Origin: Patescibacteria group bacterium
GTDB taxonomy: Bacteria > Patescibacteriota > Patescibacteriia > Veblenbacterales > UBA10138
Length of the DNA stretch: 64,000 nucleotides
Direction: 5' to 3'
NCBI GenBank assembly: GCA_041648575.1
Contig: JBAZOT010000003.1
Location: 14,895 to 78,894 of the forward strand
Every line of letters starts with the position of its first letter. Position 1 is the stretch's first letter. The translations under genes were made by a program, and so were the position numbers. This document shows positions 41,450 through 51,632 of the stretch, piece after piece. The notes under the pieces are model-generated. The model did no database searches. It was given only the letters and a program-made list of their open reading frames with translations, and was not told the DNA's origin.

Positions 41450-42358
41450 TTATGAATTAAAAATATTATAAAAATAATGATATTGGTCTGCGATGCTATC
41501 TATTGCTTGCTGGTCAGTAAGTTTATTATTCAAATATTGCTTTAATGATTCTAAAAAAATAGTACGACCAATGGCAAAACCAATAACGCCAGTGATCCCC
41601 TTACCAGCCATTAGCCACCTTTCCATATTTTGCGGATTTTCTCCCCTACCTAAAATAATTAAATTAACATTATCCCGTCCACCAGCTTTAATTTGTTTAA
41701 TCGTTGTTTGATAATGATCTGATTTAGTCATGCCCTCAATTTTCCAAACATCTGGCTCTACTCCAGCAGTTTGTAATTCAGCTATCATTTTTACTACCAA
41801 AGAAGGGCGAATTTCTTGATCATATTTATTAATATCACCAGCTTGTGCTAATTGTTCCGCTGTTGCCGGCACTAAAGTTTCAATTAAAAATTTATAACCG
41901 CTCTTATGGCACCAATCACTAAACTCTTTTAATTTTTTTTGCTGCCGCAAATTTGATTCTTGATCACCCCGCGGATTGTAGCGAATTAAAGCTTTAATAA
42001 AAGTTGGCTGATATTTTTCTATATGTTGATCAAATTCCTTACCGTATTCTAGAGTAAATTCTGTTTGTCCACTTTTTTCTACTGACAAACAAACTAAATA
42101 ACCAGCGTGCTTAGCTTCGTGTAATATTTTATCGCAAAACTGTTCATCTACCAAAATCGCAGCTCGTTCTTTCGGCACTAAATTACTTTCTATCGCTTTA
42201 ACAAAACCCTGATAAATTAGATGTTTTAAATCACAAATCTTATGTGAATCTTCATTACCTAACTCACCACTAATATGCAGTAAATCACGAATAAACGAAG
42301 ACCGATGGTCAAAAGCCAAGATAAACAAGGGTTTAGTATAACCTAAATTTGCTACCAT
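41450..42358 (-). CDS. DUF2090 / class-I-aldolase-like TIM-barrel protein
   Basis: ILAFDHRSSF N-terminal motif typical of DUF2090 (IolC C-terminal-like aldolase domain). Confidence 0.45.
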   Translation of the reverse strand: MVANLGYTKPLFILAFDHRSSFIRDLLHISGELGNEDSHKICDLKHLIYQGFVKAIESNLVPKERAAILVDEQFCDKILHEAKHAGYLVCLSVEKSGQTEFTLEYGKEFDQHIEKYQPTFIKALIRYNPRGDQESNLRQQKKLKEFSDWCHKSGYKFLIETLVPATAEQLAQAGDINKYDQEIRPSLVVKMIAELQTAGVEPDVWKIEGMTKSDHYQTTIKQIKAGGRDNVNLIILGRGENPQNMERWLMAGKGITGVIGFAIGRTIFLESLKQYLNNKLTDQQAIDSIADQYHYFYNIFNS

Positions 42359-42411
42359 AGTTAAAGTTTACCAAGTTTTACTGATAAATTAAACCCGCCG
42401 TTACCTTGTAT

Positions 42412-43095
42412 CTATTGTTCTTTAAATTCATCCAAGCAAGTTTCCAAATCTGGGGTTTTGGTCCAACCACATTGGTTATCTTCCTGGCGCTCGCAAACCG
42501 CCCGAGTATAACACACGTATTCGGGTTTAAAGTCGCAAGTCGTAATAACTTCTTCATCAGCGCAAATCTGTTTACTACAACCAGTTATAATACACGGTTT
42601 GGTGAGTAGTTGATTATCTTCACCAAATAATACCGGGATATTAATTTGTGCGTCGTACTCTGGTAAACCAGAAGGATTGTCTTTTTGTAAAACCAAAACC
42701 CCAGCATCGCTAGATGGTTTGGTAAAAGTTAAACTGGCAACAAATGGCACAAAATTTTCTGTCATCCAATCACTTTGCGCTTGGGCAATACCTTGGGCTA
42801 ATATATTTCCTTGGTCATCTAAAAGTCTAATCGGAAACGATGCTTCAAAAAACCAGGTTCCGCGCGCCTCTCCAGTAACTTGTAACGGACTGGCTACTAA
42901 CTGCTGCTTCTGCGGTTTAACAACTTTAATTAAATTCTCAACTTCTTGATCAACATCAACTGGACTATTGTTAACTATAGGCGAATTATTATTTAAGTTA
43001 TCACTGGTCTCAAACTGCTGCCAAATTATAAATCCCATCCAACCCAAAGCTAAAATGATTACCAGACTGATTATTATTCTTATAATTTTAGTCAT
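42412..43095 (-). CDS. membrane-anchored Gmad2 immunoglobulin-like-domain protein with C-terminal Cys-rich module (8 Cys)
   Basis: N-terminal TM. ...PLQVTGEARGTWFFEASFPIRLLDDQGNILAQG... Gmad2-like. C-terminal CIITGCSKQICADEE...CDFKPEYVCYTRAVCERQEDNQCGW. Confidence 0.6.
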   Translation of the reverse strand: MTKIIRIIISLVIILALGWMGFIIWQQFETSDNLNNNSPIVNNSPVDVDQEVENLIKVVKPQKQQLVASPLQVTGEARGTWFFEASFPIRLLDDQGNILAQGIAQAQSDWMTENFVPFVASLTFTKPSSDAGVLVLQKDNPSGLPEYDAQINIPVLFGEDNQLLTKPCIITGCSKQICADEEVITTCDFKPEYVCYTRAVCERQEDNQCGWTKTPDLETCLDEFKEQ

Positions 43096-43103
43096 AGATT
43101 TTG

Positions 43104-43592
43104 TTATGGTTGTAAAATATCTTCAGTACGTCCGTCAATAGAAATTATAACTTGTTTAAGTTCTGGAAATTGTTGCAGAGTGCTAATAATTTGCTGACGA
43201 ATATTGGTCACTCGGCAAGAACCGCCGACTTGATACTCTAACTGTTGATTAAAATCAACGCGTACTACACACTGTTCAATGATAAAATTTTGAATAACTA
43301 CTCCTTGATTAATACTAGTAAAATAACCTTGTTCTTTCTCGTCATCGGTTGGACCAATTAGTAGACTTTCCAGGACTACTTGCTCTTTATTAATAATGGA
43401 TACCTGCCTTAAAACTGGAAAAACCTTAGTACAGTCTAGTGCTTGTGGATCAAGCTTGCTATTGCCAAAAAATAATTCCACTGTATTCATTTGCTCTAGT
43501 GGCGCTTTGGCTTCTTGAATAGTTAATATAAAAAATATTAATGCTATGATTAAAAACAGTACAATAATCAACAATACATAACGGCGGGTCAT
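43104..43592 (-). CDS. GerMN-domain protein (membrane-anchored)
   Basis: ...LESLLIGPTDDEKEQGYFTSI...VRVDFNQQ...IISTLQQFPELKQVIISIDG GerMN pattern. Confidence 0.65.
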   Translation of the reverse strand: MTRRYVLLIIVLFLIIALIFFILTIQEAKAPLEQMNTVELFFGNSKLDPQALDCTKVFPVLRQVSIINKEQVVLESLLIGPTDDEKEQGYFTSINQGVVIQNFIIEQCVVRVDFNQQLEYQVGGSCRVTNIRQQIISTLQQFPELKQVIISIDGRTEDILQP

Positions 43593-43598
43593 AAAATA

Positions 43599-44177
43599 TT
43601 AATTGATTTCTAATAATTCAATTTCAAAAATAAGTGTGGCTTTGGCGGGTATCGCTCCATTGCCCACGCCTTGATCACCATAAGCAAGGTTAGAGGGAAT
43701 AATCAATTTGCGCTGTTCGCCTGGCTTCATTCCCACTAATCCCTGATCCCAACCCTTAATAACTTGCCCCTCGCCAAGGGAAAACACAAATGGTTCACCA
43801 CGATCCCGACTGGAATCAAATTTTGTACCATTGGTAAGCCAACCGGTATAGTGGACTGCTAGCTCGTCGCCTGTTACTGCTTCGCGCCCCTGGCCTGGTT
43901 TAATTATTTCAATTAACAAATTATCTGACTGACTAGTAGCAGTATTAGTTGGTAAATTTGTTCCTGTATTTCCAGATGATTCTTCGGTTGTTTTTAAACT
44001 ATCCCTAAATTCAATGGCCTGCTCATTGTTATTATTAATAATTTCCATATCATTATTCTTAAAAAAAATAAAATAAATTCCAATCAAAACTGCTAAACCA
44101 ACTAAAGTGCCAATAATTATGCCAATTGTCTGACTGGTATAAGTACGCTCACTTCTATTAGATAAATCTAGATACAT
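43599..44177 (-). CDS. FKBP-type peptidyl-prolyl cis-trans isomerase, TM-anchored
   Basis: ...[59 protein letters not shown]...LIFEIELL. Confidence 0.9.
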   Translation of the reverse strand: MYLDLSNRSERTYTSQTIGIIIGTLVGLAVLIGIYFIFFKNNDMEIINNNNEQAIEFRDSLKTTEESSGNTGTNLPTNTATSQSDNLLIEIIKPGQGREAVTGDELAVHYTGWLTNGTKFDSSRDRGEPFVFSLGEGQVIKGWDQGLVGMKPGEQRKLIIPSNLAYGDQGVGNGAIPAKATLIFEIELLEIN

Positions 44178-44201
44178 AAGATGAAACTATTTTAATATTT
44201 A

Positions 44202-44816
44202 CTACTTTACATTCTGGTTATTAAATCGCCGATTAATGATTTCTATTTGTTGCTTTAATAAATTATCATCAGTTACCAGTTTTATTTTCTCTTGTTTAAG
44301 AGCAGGTGGTAATTTATCAAATTTCTCTACTATATTTTTGATGGTAACTAACTGTTCGTGATTATAACTCTGCTCATTAATTTTACTTTGCTTGTTAATA
44401 TAAGGCCAGATTTCCTCTAATGCTTCGTGTTCAGCAATAATTCTAGTTAAGGTTTTCTCCCGACTAGTGGCTAATTGGTAATGTTTTTGATCATACCATG
44501 ATACGCTAATGCCTTGCTTATATAACAACTCTCCCAGTTGAACTAAATAAGAGGCTACATTATGACTTTCTTTTAAATCATGCGAACGCTGTTGGTCTTG
44601 ATCATCTAGTAAAATGCTAAATTCCCATTCTAATTGATGTAACATACTAGTGCATAAACCCTCCATAACTGCATGATACTGCGATTTTTCAAATTTTTCA
44701 GTAATATTATTTTCAAAATCACCCAAACGATCAATGATTTTTTCATCAAAATTAGATAATTGTTCTGTAACTAATTCTGGATTTTTTTCACTGGTGGTTA
44801 ATGTCTCGCGAAACAT
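44202..44816 (-). CDS. hypothetical protein (204 aa, no recognisable domain)
   Basis: Intact ORF tightly packed between the clp-like and FKBP genes. Confidence 0.45.
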   Translation of the reverse strand: MFRETLTTSEKNPELVTEQLSNFDEKIIDRLGDFENNITEKFEKSQYHAVMEGLCTSMLHQLEWEFSILLDDQDQQRSHDLKESHNVASYLVQLGELLYKQGISVSWYDQKHYQLATSREKTLTRIIAEHEALEEIWPYINKQSKINEQSYNHEQLVTIKNIVEKFDKLPPALKQEKIKLVTDDNLLKQQIEIINRRFNNQNVK

Positions 44817-44819
44817 AAA

Positions 44820-47393
44820 TTATAATTTACTGGCTTTTTCTACCCTCACCACGCTCCCCGGCTCTAGCACTACCACATCTCTACGGGTCAATTTACCAGT
44901 TAATAAATAATTTGCCAAAGCATTATCAACTTTATCTTGAATTACCCGTTGCAAAGGTCGTGCTCCGTATAATGGATCAAATCCTTCGCGTGCTAATTCT
45001 TCAATTGCCGTTGCTGAAGCTTGCAAAGTTATTCCTTTGGTTAATAAATTTCGCGCCAATTTATCTAGCAATAATTTAGTTATAGCAATTACGTTTTGAA
45101 AATCTAACGGTTTAAAAACTACCACGCCATCAAATCTATTAATCAATTCCGGTCTAAAATACTGTTTTAATTCATTTTGTAATAAGTATTGATGAATTTG
45201 TATAATGGTCTTGCCTTGACGCATGCTGTCCTGAATAAATTGCGTGCCAGCATTAGAAGTGGCAATGATAATCGTGTTAGTGAAATCAACAGTTCGTCCA
45301 GTTGAATCAGTTAACCGACCGTCATCGAATAACTGTAAAAAGACATTTAAAATATCAGGATGAGACTTTTCAAATTCATCAAGTAAAATTAAAGCGTAGG
45401 GAGCTTGCCTTACTGCTTCGGTTAAGTAACCAGCTTCCCGACCCATCCCTGGCGGCGCGCCTATTAGTCGATAAATGCTCTCGGCAGTTTGATATTCTGA
45501 CATATCCAAACGAATCATCTTGTTTTCGCCGCCAAAATATTCAGCTGCCACGGTTTTTGCTAATTCTGTTTTACCAACACCTGTCGGGCCTAAAAATAAA
45601 AAAGTGGCAATTGGCCGTGATGCTGTCCGTAACTCAACGCGTGCCCGCCTTAAAGCTGCTGCCACCAACCGCACAGCTTCGTCTTGGCCAATAATGCGCT
45701 GATGTAAAATATCCTCCAAATTAAGCAACCTTTCGCCCTCGGCCTTGCTGATTTTGGTAACTGGCACATTTACTTTTCCCGACACCAGTTGAGCAATATC
45801 TTCAGCGGTAATAGTTGTATTCTCTTTATTTTTTTGCCTGACAAATACTGCAGCTTCTTCACAAATCTTAATGGCTTTCTCTGGTAAAAAACGATCAGGA
45901 ATAAAACGCCGTGATAAATCCACCGCTTGTGCTAAGGCCCCATAAGAAAAATAAACTTTATGCTGATATTCAAGCTGCCCCACTGTTGCCTCTAAAATTT
46001 GTATGGCCACATCGTTTGTTGGCTCTTCTATTTTTACTTTTTCCAAAGCATTACCCAAAGAAGTACGATCCAAATAACTGCGCTGGTCGCTGGGGGTAGT
46101 AGACGCTAAAGTAATAATCCCTGACTTACCAATAAAATTGGCGATCATTTCTGACACATCTAAATTTTCCTTGCCACCAGTACTTTGACCCACTAAATTA
46201 TGAATGTCATCAATATATAAAATAATATTGCTAGCTCGCGATATCTCATTCATGATTTGCAGTAACTTATGTTCAACTTCATTAGCATTGTTAGCGCCGC
46301 CAACTAATGCGGGTACTGATAACTGAATCAATTTTTTGTCTTTCATTGTCTCTGGTACTTCTTCGGCCACCATAGCTTGGGCAATACCCTCGACAATTGC
46401 TGTTTTACCGACGCCCGATTCACCAACTAAAACCACGCTGGAATGACCACCTTCAATAATGCGGAAAATTTCCTGAATTTCCTTATCGCGTCCAATACAA
46501 GGCTTCAGATATCCATGAGCTGCCAAATAGGTTAATTCATGACTAATTTGATCTAATAAAGGCGTAGCTACGGCTAAATAGGCTCGATCTAAAGCATGGC
46601 GCGGGCGCCAGGCTGCTTTTCGCGCACGACGCGATACTTCTTGCCGTAAACGGCGCCTAACAGCAAACCAAATAGTAATATTTTCTATCATCACTGGTTC
46701 AATAGCCAACTCATCTAAAACTTCCCGCGCTAAAGATTCATTTTTAGCTATGGCTAAAAGCATTTCTCCAACTTCAACTTGCTGACTTCGCTGGACTAAA
46801 GCCAATTCAGTCGCCTTAACAAAAATTCCTTGCACTGAATTGCTTAATTGTGGATTAGTACCAGTGGTTACTTTAGTCAACGCGTTTGATAAAGTATTAA
46901 ATAACTTATCTGGATCAACACCTAATCTGGAAAAAACCGCTTGTCCACTTCTGGTTTTTAAAGAGGCAGCCAATAAATGAATTTCCTTAATTTCATTATG
47001 CGAAAATTTATGGGCATATCGAAACGCCTCTTCCAGTAACTGCCAAACTTCGGGTGACAAATAATTCTCAACTTTAATAGCTTGATCTTTAGCGTCAATT
47101 AAAATTTTATGAGCAGTCCGTTCCTGTTCTAAGCGATAAAAAGTATAACCAAAAAAGAAAACTGCCAACCAAAATAATCGATGTAGCTCGGCTGGCGGCA
47201 TAATTGACTCCCACCAAAATCCTCCTTGTTCAATAAATAAAAATAATCGCCAGAAATAAAATACCAAAAAAATTATCGCTAACAACAATGAACAACCACC
47301 CACTAAGCGATACATTAACTGGCGAAATTTGCGCGCCAATAACGACGGTAAAGTTGGTTTTATTGTCCAGGCAATGACCGACATTTTAAACAA
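44820..47393 (-). CDS. ClpB/ClpC-family double-AAA+ ATPase with an extra hydrophobic N-terminal region (about 100 aa, 2-3 predicted TM) and no ClpP-docking loop
   Basis: Clp-N repeats (...IKEIHLLAASL..., ...VEVGEMLLAIAKN...). D1 Walker A GESGVGKTA, D2 GPTGVGKTE. No [ILV]G[FL] loop seen after the D2 sensor. N-terminus ...LLLAIIFLVFYFWRLFLFI... and LFWLAVFFFGYTFY hydrophobic. Confidence 0.85.
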   Translation of the reverse strand: MFKMSVIAWTIKPTLPSLLARKFRQLMYRLVGGCSLLLAIIFLVFYFWRLFLFIEQGGFWWESIMPPAELHRLFWLAVFFFGYTFYRLEQERTAHKILIDAKDQAIKVENYLSPEVWQLLEEAFRYAHKFSHNEIKEIHLLAASLKTRSGQAVFSRLGVDPDKLFNTLSNALTKVTTGTNPQLSNSVQGIFVKATELALVQRSQQVEVGEMLLAIAKNESLAREVLDELAIEPVMIENITIWFAVRRRLRQEVSRRARKAAWRPRHALDRAYLAVATPLLDQISHELTYLAAHGYLKPCIGRDKEIQEIFRIIEGGHSSVVLVGESGVGKTAIVEGIAQAMVAEEVPETMKDKKLIQLSVPALVGGANNANEVEHKLLQIMNEISRASNIILYIDDIHNLVGQSTGGKENLDVSEMIANFIGKSGIITLASTTPSDQRSYLDRTSLGNALEKVKIEEPTNDVAIQILEATVGQLEYQHKVYFSYGALAQAVDLSRRFIPDRFLPEKAIKICEEAAVFVRQKNKENTTITAEDIAQLVSGKVNVPVTKISKAEGERLLNLEDILHQRIIGQDEAVRLVAAALRRARVELRTASRPIATFLFLGPTGVGKTELAKTVAAEYFGGENKMIRLDMSEYQTAESIYRLIGAPPGMGREAGYLTEAVRQAPYALILLDEFEKSHPDILNVFLQLFDDGRLTDSTGRTVDFTNTIIIATSNAGTQFIQDSMRQGKTIIQIHQYLLQNELKQYFRPELINRFDGVVVFKPLDFQNVIAITKLLLDKLARNLLTKGITLQASATAIEELAREGFDPLYGARPLQRVIQDKVDNALANYLLTGKLTRRDVVVLEPGSVVRVEKASKL

Positions 47394-47736
47394 AAATTAA
47401 AATTAATGACACTGGTAACAATGCCAGCCAAATTAAAAAAATCGCCGTGTACCACAACACCCAAAAAACCAAACGAATAAATTTATAGATCACCAAAACC
47501 GTGCGCATCAATAAACTAATGGCGCGCCCCGAAATGGTGTAATCGCCATACATTGGCTTAAAAAAGTATTTTAAAAATAACCCCAGAGCCAACCGTTCCC
47601 AGGTATTATGAAGACTTTCTAAGCAATACTGGCCAACCATTTTTAACCCACCAGTATACCACCACCAAGGGAACCGCCACAGGTCGCCAATAACATTTAA
47701 AGCTAATTTACTAACTTCTTCCCGCGCATATGTCAT
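47386..47736 (-). CDS. small membrane protein (116 aa), overlaps the clp-like start by 8 nt
   Basis: C-terminal ...LVFWVLWYTAIFLIWLALLPVSLILIFV. Could be a separate gene or a frameshifted N-terminal extension of the clp-like gene. Confidence 0.4.
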   Translation of the reverse strand: MTYAREEVSKLALNVIGDLWRFPWWWYTGGLKMVGQYCLESLHNTWERLALGLFLKYFFKPMYGDYTISGRAISLLMRTVLVIYKFIRLVFWVLWYTAIFLIWLALLPVSLILIFV

Positions 47737-47789
47737 ACGCTTATATTATACTTTATTTTATGCAGGGAGAAAAGAAAATATCTTTGCTT

Positions 47790-48920
47790 CTATAACTTAC
47801 CTTTTTTAATAGCTAAACGAATAATCTTCATCAATTCCAAATAAAAATGCAGATTGTGAATAGTGGCCAGGCGCAAGGCCAGGGTTTCTTGGATATCAAA
47901 CAAATGTCTTAAATAAGCGCGGGTGGTTTTTAATTGGGCGCAGGTAAAACACAAACAACCTTGCTCCAAAATAGAAAAATCTTTTTTATAAACCGCGCTT
48001 TTAATATTTATTGCTTCATAAAACTTTTTACCGCTGGCTAGTAATTTTACTTTATCCTGCTGGCCTGATTTTAACCACAGATAAATTCGTCCATGCCGCG
48101 CCTCTCGAGTCGGAATTACACAATCAAAACAATCCACTCCTCGCTTTACCGCCTCCACAATATTTTCTGGATACCCCACGCCCATTAAATAATGTAATTT
48201 ATCCTGCGGCAATAACGGAACAGTATAATCTAAAACTTGGTACATTTGTTTTGGTTCTTCGCCAACAGCTAATCCACCAATAGCATAACCATCAAAGGGT
48301 AATTGTTTTAATTCTCCGCAACTTTGCTGACGCAAATCTTTAAAAACTGAACCTTGAGCAATTCCAAACAATGCCTGACCCGGTTTTTTAATTTTTGGCC
48401 AATACTTTATTGCTTGCTTAGCCCATGATGAAGTTCGCTCTACTGCCGCACCTGCTTCTTGCTTAGTACAAGGATAACCAACACATTCATCTAACACCAT
48501 TACTATATCTGATCCTAATTCAACTTGTATGGCTAAAGCTAATTTAGGAGTTAAAAAATATTTATTACCATTTTCCGGTACTCTAAATTCCACTCCATCT
48601 GGTTTTACTTTACGTACCTTACTTAAACTAAAAACTTGAAACCCGCCTGAATCAGTTAAAACTGGACCTGACCAACCCATAAATTTATGCAAACCACCGG
48701 CCTGGCGAATAACCTCACGTCCAGGCTTTAGCCATAAATGATAGGTGTTAGACAAAATAATTTGGGCACCCAGCGCCTTAATATCTGCCACAGACAAACT
48801 CTTTACTGCCCCACGGGTAGCAATTGGTAAAAAAAACGGCGTTTCGATTTTACCGTGCCGAGTTTTAAAAACCCCAACCCGGGCTTGACTTTTAGGTGAC
48901 TTTTGTTCTAAAGTAAACAC
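47790..48920 (-). CDS. tgt: queuine tRNA-ribosyltransferase
   Basis: ...RHGKIETPFFLPIATRGAVK...ILSNTYHLWLKPG... C-terminal Zn-binding CxCxxC...H. Confidence 0.95.
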   Translation of the reverse strand: MFTLEQKSPKSQARVGVFKTRHGKIETPFFLPIATRGAVKSLSVADIKALGAQIILSNTYHLWLKPGREVIRQAGGLHKFMGWSGPVLTDSGGFQVFSLSKVRKVKPDGVEFRVPENGNKYFLTPKLALAIQVELGSDIVMVLDECVGYPCTKQEAGAAVERTSSWAKQAIKYWPKIKKPGQALFGIAQGSVFKDLRQQSCGELKQLPFDGYAIGGLAVGEEPKQMYQVLDYTVPLLPQDKLHYLMGVGYPENIVEAVKRGVDCFDCVIPTREARHGRIYLWLKSGQQDKVKLLASGKKFYEAINIKSAVYKKDFSILEQGCLCFTCAQLKTTRAYLRHLFDIQETLALRLATIHNLHFYLELMKIIRLAIKKGKL

Positions 48921-48974
48921 AATTAAAAAATATCACAAATCAAATCAAATTAAAAATAAAAGGAGGGTAATGTC

Positions 48975-49721
48975 TTGTTCCTTAATAAAATGTTAATAAA
49001 GGCAGAGATTATAGCCTCTGTGATAATAAGGGTAAAAGATATAACAATAGATTATATTATTGATCCATTTGTTCCGATTCAAACAAATCGCCGTAAAATC
49101 AGAAACGCCTTAGTTTCTTTTGCAAAATATCTATCACGTCCGCTATCGGAAAAAGTTGACTTGTGGATTGAGCAAGATATAATCTCAACCGCTAATATTA
49201 TCTCCCTAAGCAGGGCACTAATGGCTGGCCCGCTATTCTTAATATTTACCCATTTTGACTTGGGTATTACCTACCAAATGGGACCCTTGATATGGGCTTT
49301 CGTTTCTGACTATATAGATGGAGTTTTAGCTAGAAAAATGTCTCAGGTGACTGATTTAGGCGCTGGATTAGATGCGGCTTGCGACAAAATATTTGCCTTT
49401 TTTGTTGCAATATCTTATTTAGATCAACTTTTTTACTCGCCGTTCAACGCCGTGGCGTTTATAATATTAGATGGATTCCTGCTAACTTTAGGTATTATGT
49501 TGTATTTAGCCAGAAAAAAAGGACATTATCAAGGTAAGGCCGAAGTTAGAGCTAATTGGTTAGGTAAAATTAAATTCAACCTTCAAGCTGGAGCATGTTT
49601 CTGTTGGATGAATTACTGGACAACAGAGGGCCACTACTTTTTACTTGGCGCCAATTTGTTTGCACTTGGTAGCCTGATACGGCACCTTTCTCCTAAAATA
49701 AAAAATAATGAGACCGGATAA
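48975..49721 (+). CDS. CDP-alcohol phosphatidyltransferase family protein
   Basis: DYIDGVLARKMSQVTDLGAGLDAACDK matches D-G-x2-A-R-x8-G-x3-D-x3-D. The true start may be an internal Met. Confidence 0.8.
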   Translation: MFLNKMLIKAEIIASVIIRVKDITIDYIIDPFVPIQTNRRKIRNALVSFAKYLSRPLSEKVDLWIEQDIISTANIISLSRALMAGPLFLIFTHFDLGITYQMGPLIWAFVSDYIDGVLARKMSQVTDLGAGLDAACDKIFAFFVAISYLDQLFYSPFNAVAFIILDGFLLTLGIMLYLARKKGHYQGKAEVRANWLGKIKFNLQAGACFCWMNYWTTEGHYFLLGANLFALGSLIRHLSPKIKNNETG

Positions 49722-49742
49722 GCAACTTCTGGTCTTTTTTTA
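49709..49742. terminator. Probable bidirectional terminator between convergent genes
   Basis: AGACC-ggataagcaacttc-GGTCT followed by TTTTTTT. A-rich on the other side. Confidence 0.5.
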
Positions 49743-51632
49743 TCTAACAACCACTCCTTTGCCTTGCGCGCCTAAATCATTATCCAGTTCTGTGGTAACT
49801 AATTTATCTGTAGCAATTAAATCTGCACCGCTATAAGCATCCCGAGCTGTGGCAGTGGTGGTTTTTACCAACACTAAAATTTTATCCGCATCTTGCTCTG
49901 CCGGTGTAATAGCTACTTCAAAAGACGCTTCTGGTTTATCAAATTTAAACCCTACGCCCGCAGGCAGACGATTTAATTCCCAACGCACTTCGCGAGTATT
50001 GGGATTATATGTTAATGGCTGGCCATGCGATACTGTCGTTTGTCCGGTCCAGGTTACATCTTGGGGTAAAGTAGTAGTAACTTCAACGTTGCTAGCCTCA
50101 TTAATAGTATTGGCTAATCTCCAAAAAATATTATAAGTGGTAGTGTTGCCTACTCGCGGCGGCAACTGTCCCGAGCCAATTTTTATCAACTGATCTGTGT
50201 AATACCTACCTTCTGTTTGAACTAATAATTGTGTATTAATCTTGGTAATTATAATATTTGATTCAGTAGTAACCGGCTGTAATTTACCACCAATCAATTG
50301 CTCGGCACTCGCCTTAACGCTGGTATTAAAACTATAAGGCGACATATTGTTAGGAGCAACACTTACAACTTTCAAGCGAAAATTAATACTGCCTTTGGTA
50401 CCAGGAGCAACTCTAGCTAAACTGGGCAACTCATTTTTTGTCCAAACCACTGCGTTTTCTGTCTCTTTAACATTAGTTGGCGTATCTGTTTGCCAAGAGG
50501 TCCAATCTAATAACTCGGAATTTAATTTGGTCTCTAACACTAAATTAGTTAAAGCAATTTCCCCTTCATTAGCATAACGCAATTCAAAATCAATTTGTTC
50601 CCCCCAATCAGCATAGCTTTTTAAAACTACCTGATTCGCAGTTAATGACAATGTTAAATGAGACTCAATTAACGTTACAGATATTTTCTTTTCTTCTTGA
50701 ATAGTAAAAGTATTATCGTCATTAATCACACCAATGGCTACAGAAAAATCCTGAATACCAGCACTAGCTGAAGTGGTAAACCTGCCGGTAAATTCCAGCT
50801 CGCCAACACTTTTGGCAGATAGGTCATCCAATTTCCATAAATTTATTTCGCCAATTACTGATTCTAATTTTGGAAGATCCAATTCGAAGCCGCTGGGGCT
50901 AATGAATTTTAATGCTAAATTCGGCAACGCCGCAGTAGAAGTATTATTATACTTAATTTTTAATGCCAAATCTTGATCAAAAGGTAATTGTGCAGGAGCT
51001 TCTAAATCTATGGTTACTACCGAAGCAATTAATTCTGTGGAAAAAACTGTCGTCTTGGCAAACTGTGCTTTAAAATTTTCCGGCTCATATGTAAAAACCG
51101 CGGCCATTTCCTTAATCTCGCCAACCTCACCAACCATTTGCCCGGTTATTACCAACTCTCCACTACCTTTGGCGTCAACTTGACCTAAGAGAAATCTAGT
51201 CTTGGCTTCATCATCAGCTGGTTTACTGGTTTCAGTTACGACAAAACCAGTCGGATAGCGAAAATTAACTTCCAAAAAATTTAAACCAACTCCCTGATCA
51301 TTATTCCAAGACAAAGTATAATTAATCATTTGCCCCGATGGCGCACTGACTGGACCAGATAATTTCACCTTAACCGCTTCTTCGCCAAATTTTGTATTCT
51401 GACCACTAAAAAAAACAAACCAAATGCCACCGACAATAATTACCACTAATAAAGTGGTCGTTAACCATAACCAACCACGCTGACGTGAAGCTTTTTTTCT
51501 TAGCACGCGAAAATCTTCAGGTGGATCTTGGCGATACATGCGCGCCAATTCACGCTCGGCAACTTCTGCAGTTAAAGGTGTTTTTTTTGATTTTGATAAA
51601 GTATCAAGAGGTGGCCTAGAAATATTAGACAT
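49740..51632 (-). CDS. large membrane-anchored extracytoplasmic protein (about 630 aa; cytoplasmic N-terminus, one TM, beta-rich ectodomain), unknown function
   Basis: ...RQRGWLWLTTTLLVVIIVGGIWFVFF TM. Long Thr/Ser/Val-rich ectodomain. The likely start is ATG at 51630-51632 (MSNISRPP...). Confidence 0.6.
   Translation of the reverse strand: MSNISRPPLDTLSKSKKTPLTAEVAERELARMYRQDPPEDFRVLRKKASRQRGWLWLTTTLLVVIIVGGIWFVFFSGQNTKFGEEAVKVKLSGPVSAPSGQMINYTLSWNNDQGVGLNFLEVNFRYPTGFVVTETSKPADDEAKTRFLLGQVDAKGSGELVITGQMVGEVGEIKEMAAVFTYEPENFKAQFAKTTVFSTELIASVVTIDLEAPAQLPFDQDLALKIKYNNTSTAALPNLALKFISPSGFELDLPKLESVIGEINLWKLDDLSAKSVGELEFTGRFTTSASAGIQDFSVAIGVINDDNTFTIQEEKKISVTLIESHLTLSLTANQVVLKSYADWGEQIDFELRYANEGEIALTNLVLETKLNSELLDWTSWQTDTPTNVKETENAVVWTKNELPSLARVAPGTKGSINFRLKVVSVAPNNMSPYSFNTSVKASAEQLIGGKLQPVTTESNIIITKINTQLLVQTEGRYYTDQLIKIGSGQLPPRVGNTTTYNIFWRLANTINEASNVEVTTTLPQDVTWTGQTTVSHGQPLTYNPNTREVRWELNRLPAGVGFKFDKPEASFEVAITPAEQDADKILVLVKTTTATARDAYSGADLIATDKLVTTELDNDLGAQGKGVVVR

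Noticed and set aside
44820-47393. Whether the membrane-anchored Clp ATPase is FtsH or ClpA.
   Set aside because: No HEXXH protease domain (so not FtsH). There are two full AAA+ modules with Clp-N repeats. The call was kept generic as ClpB/ClpC-like.
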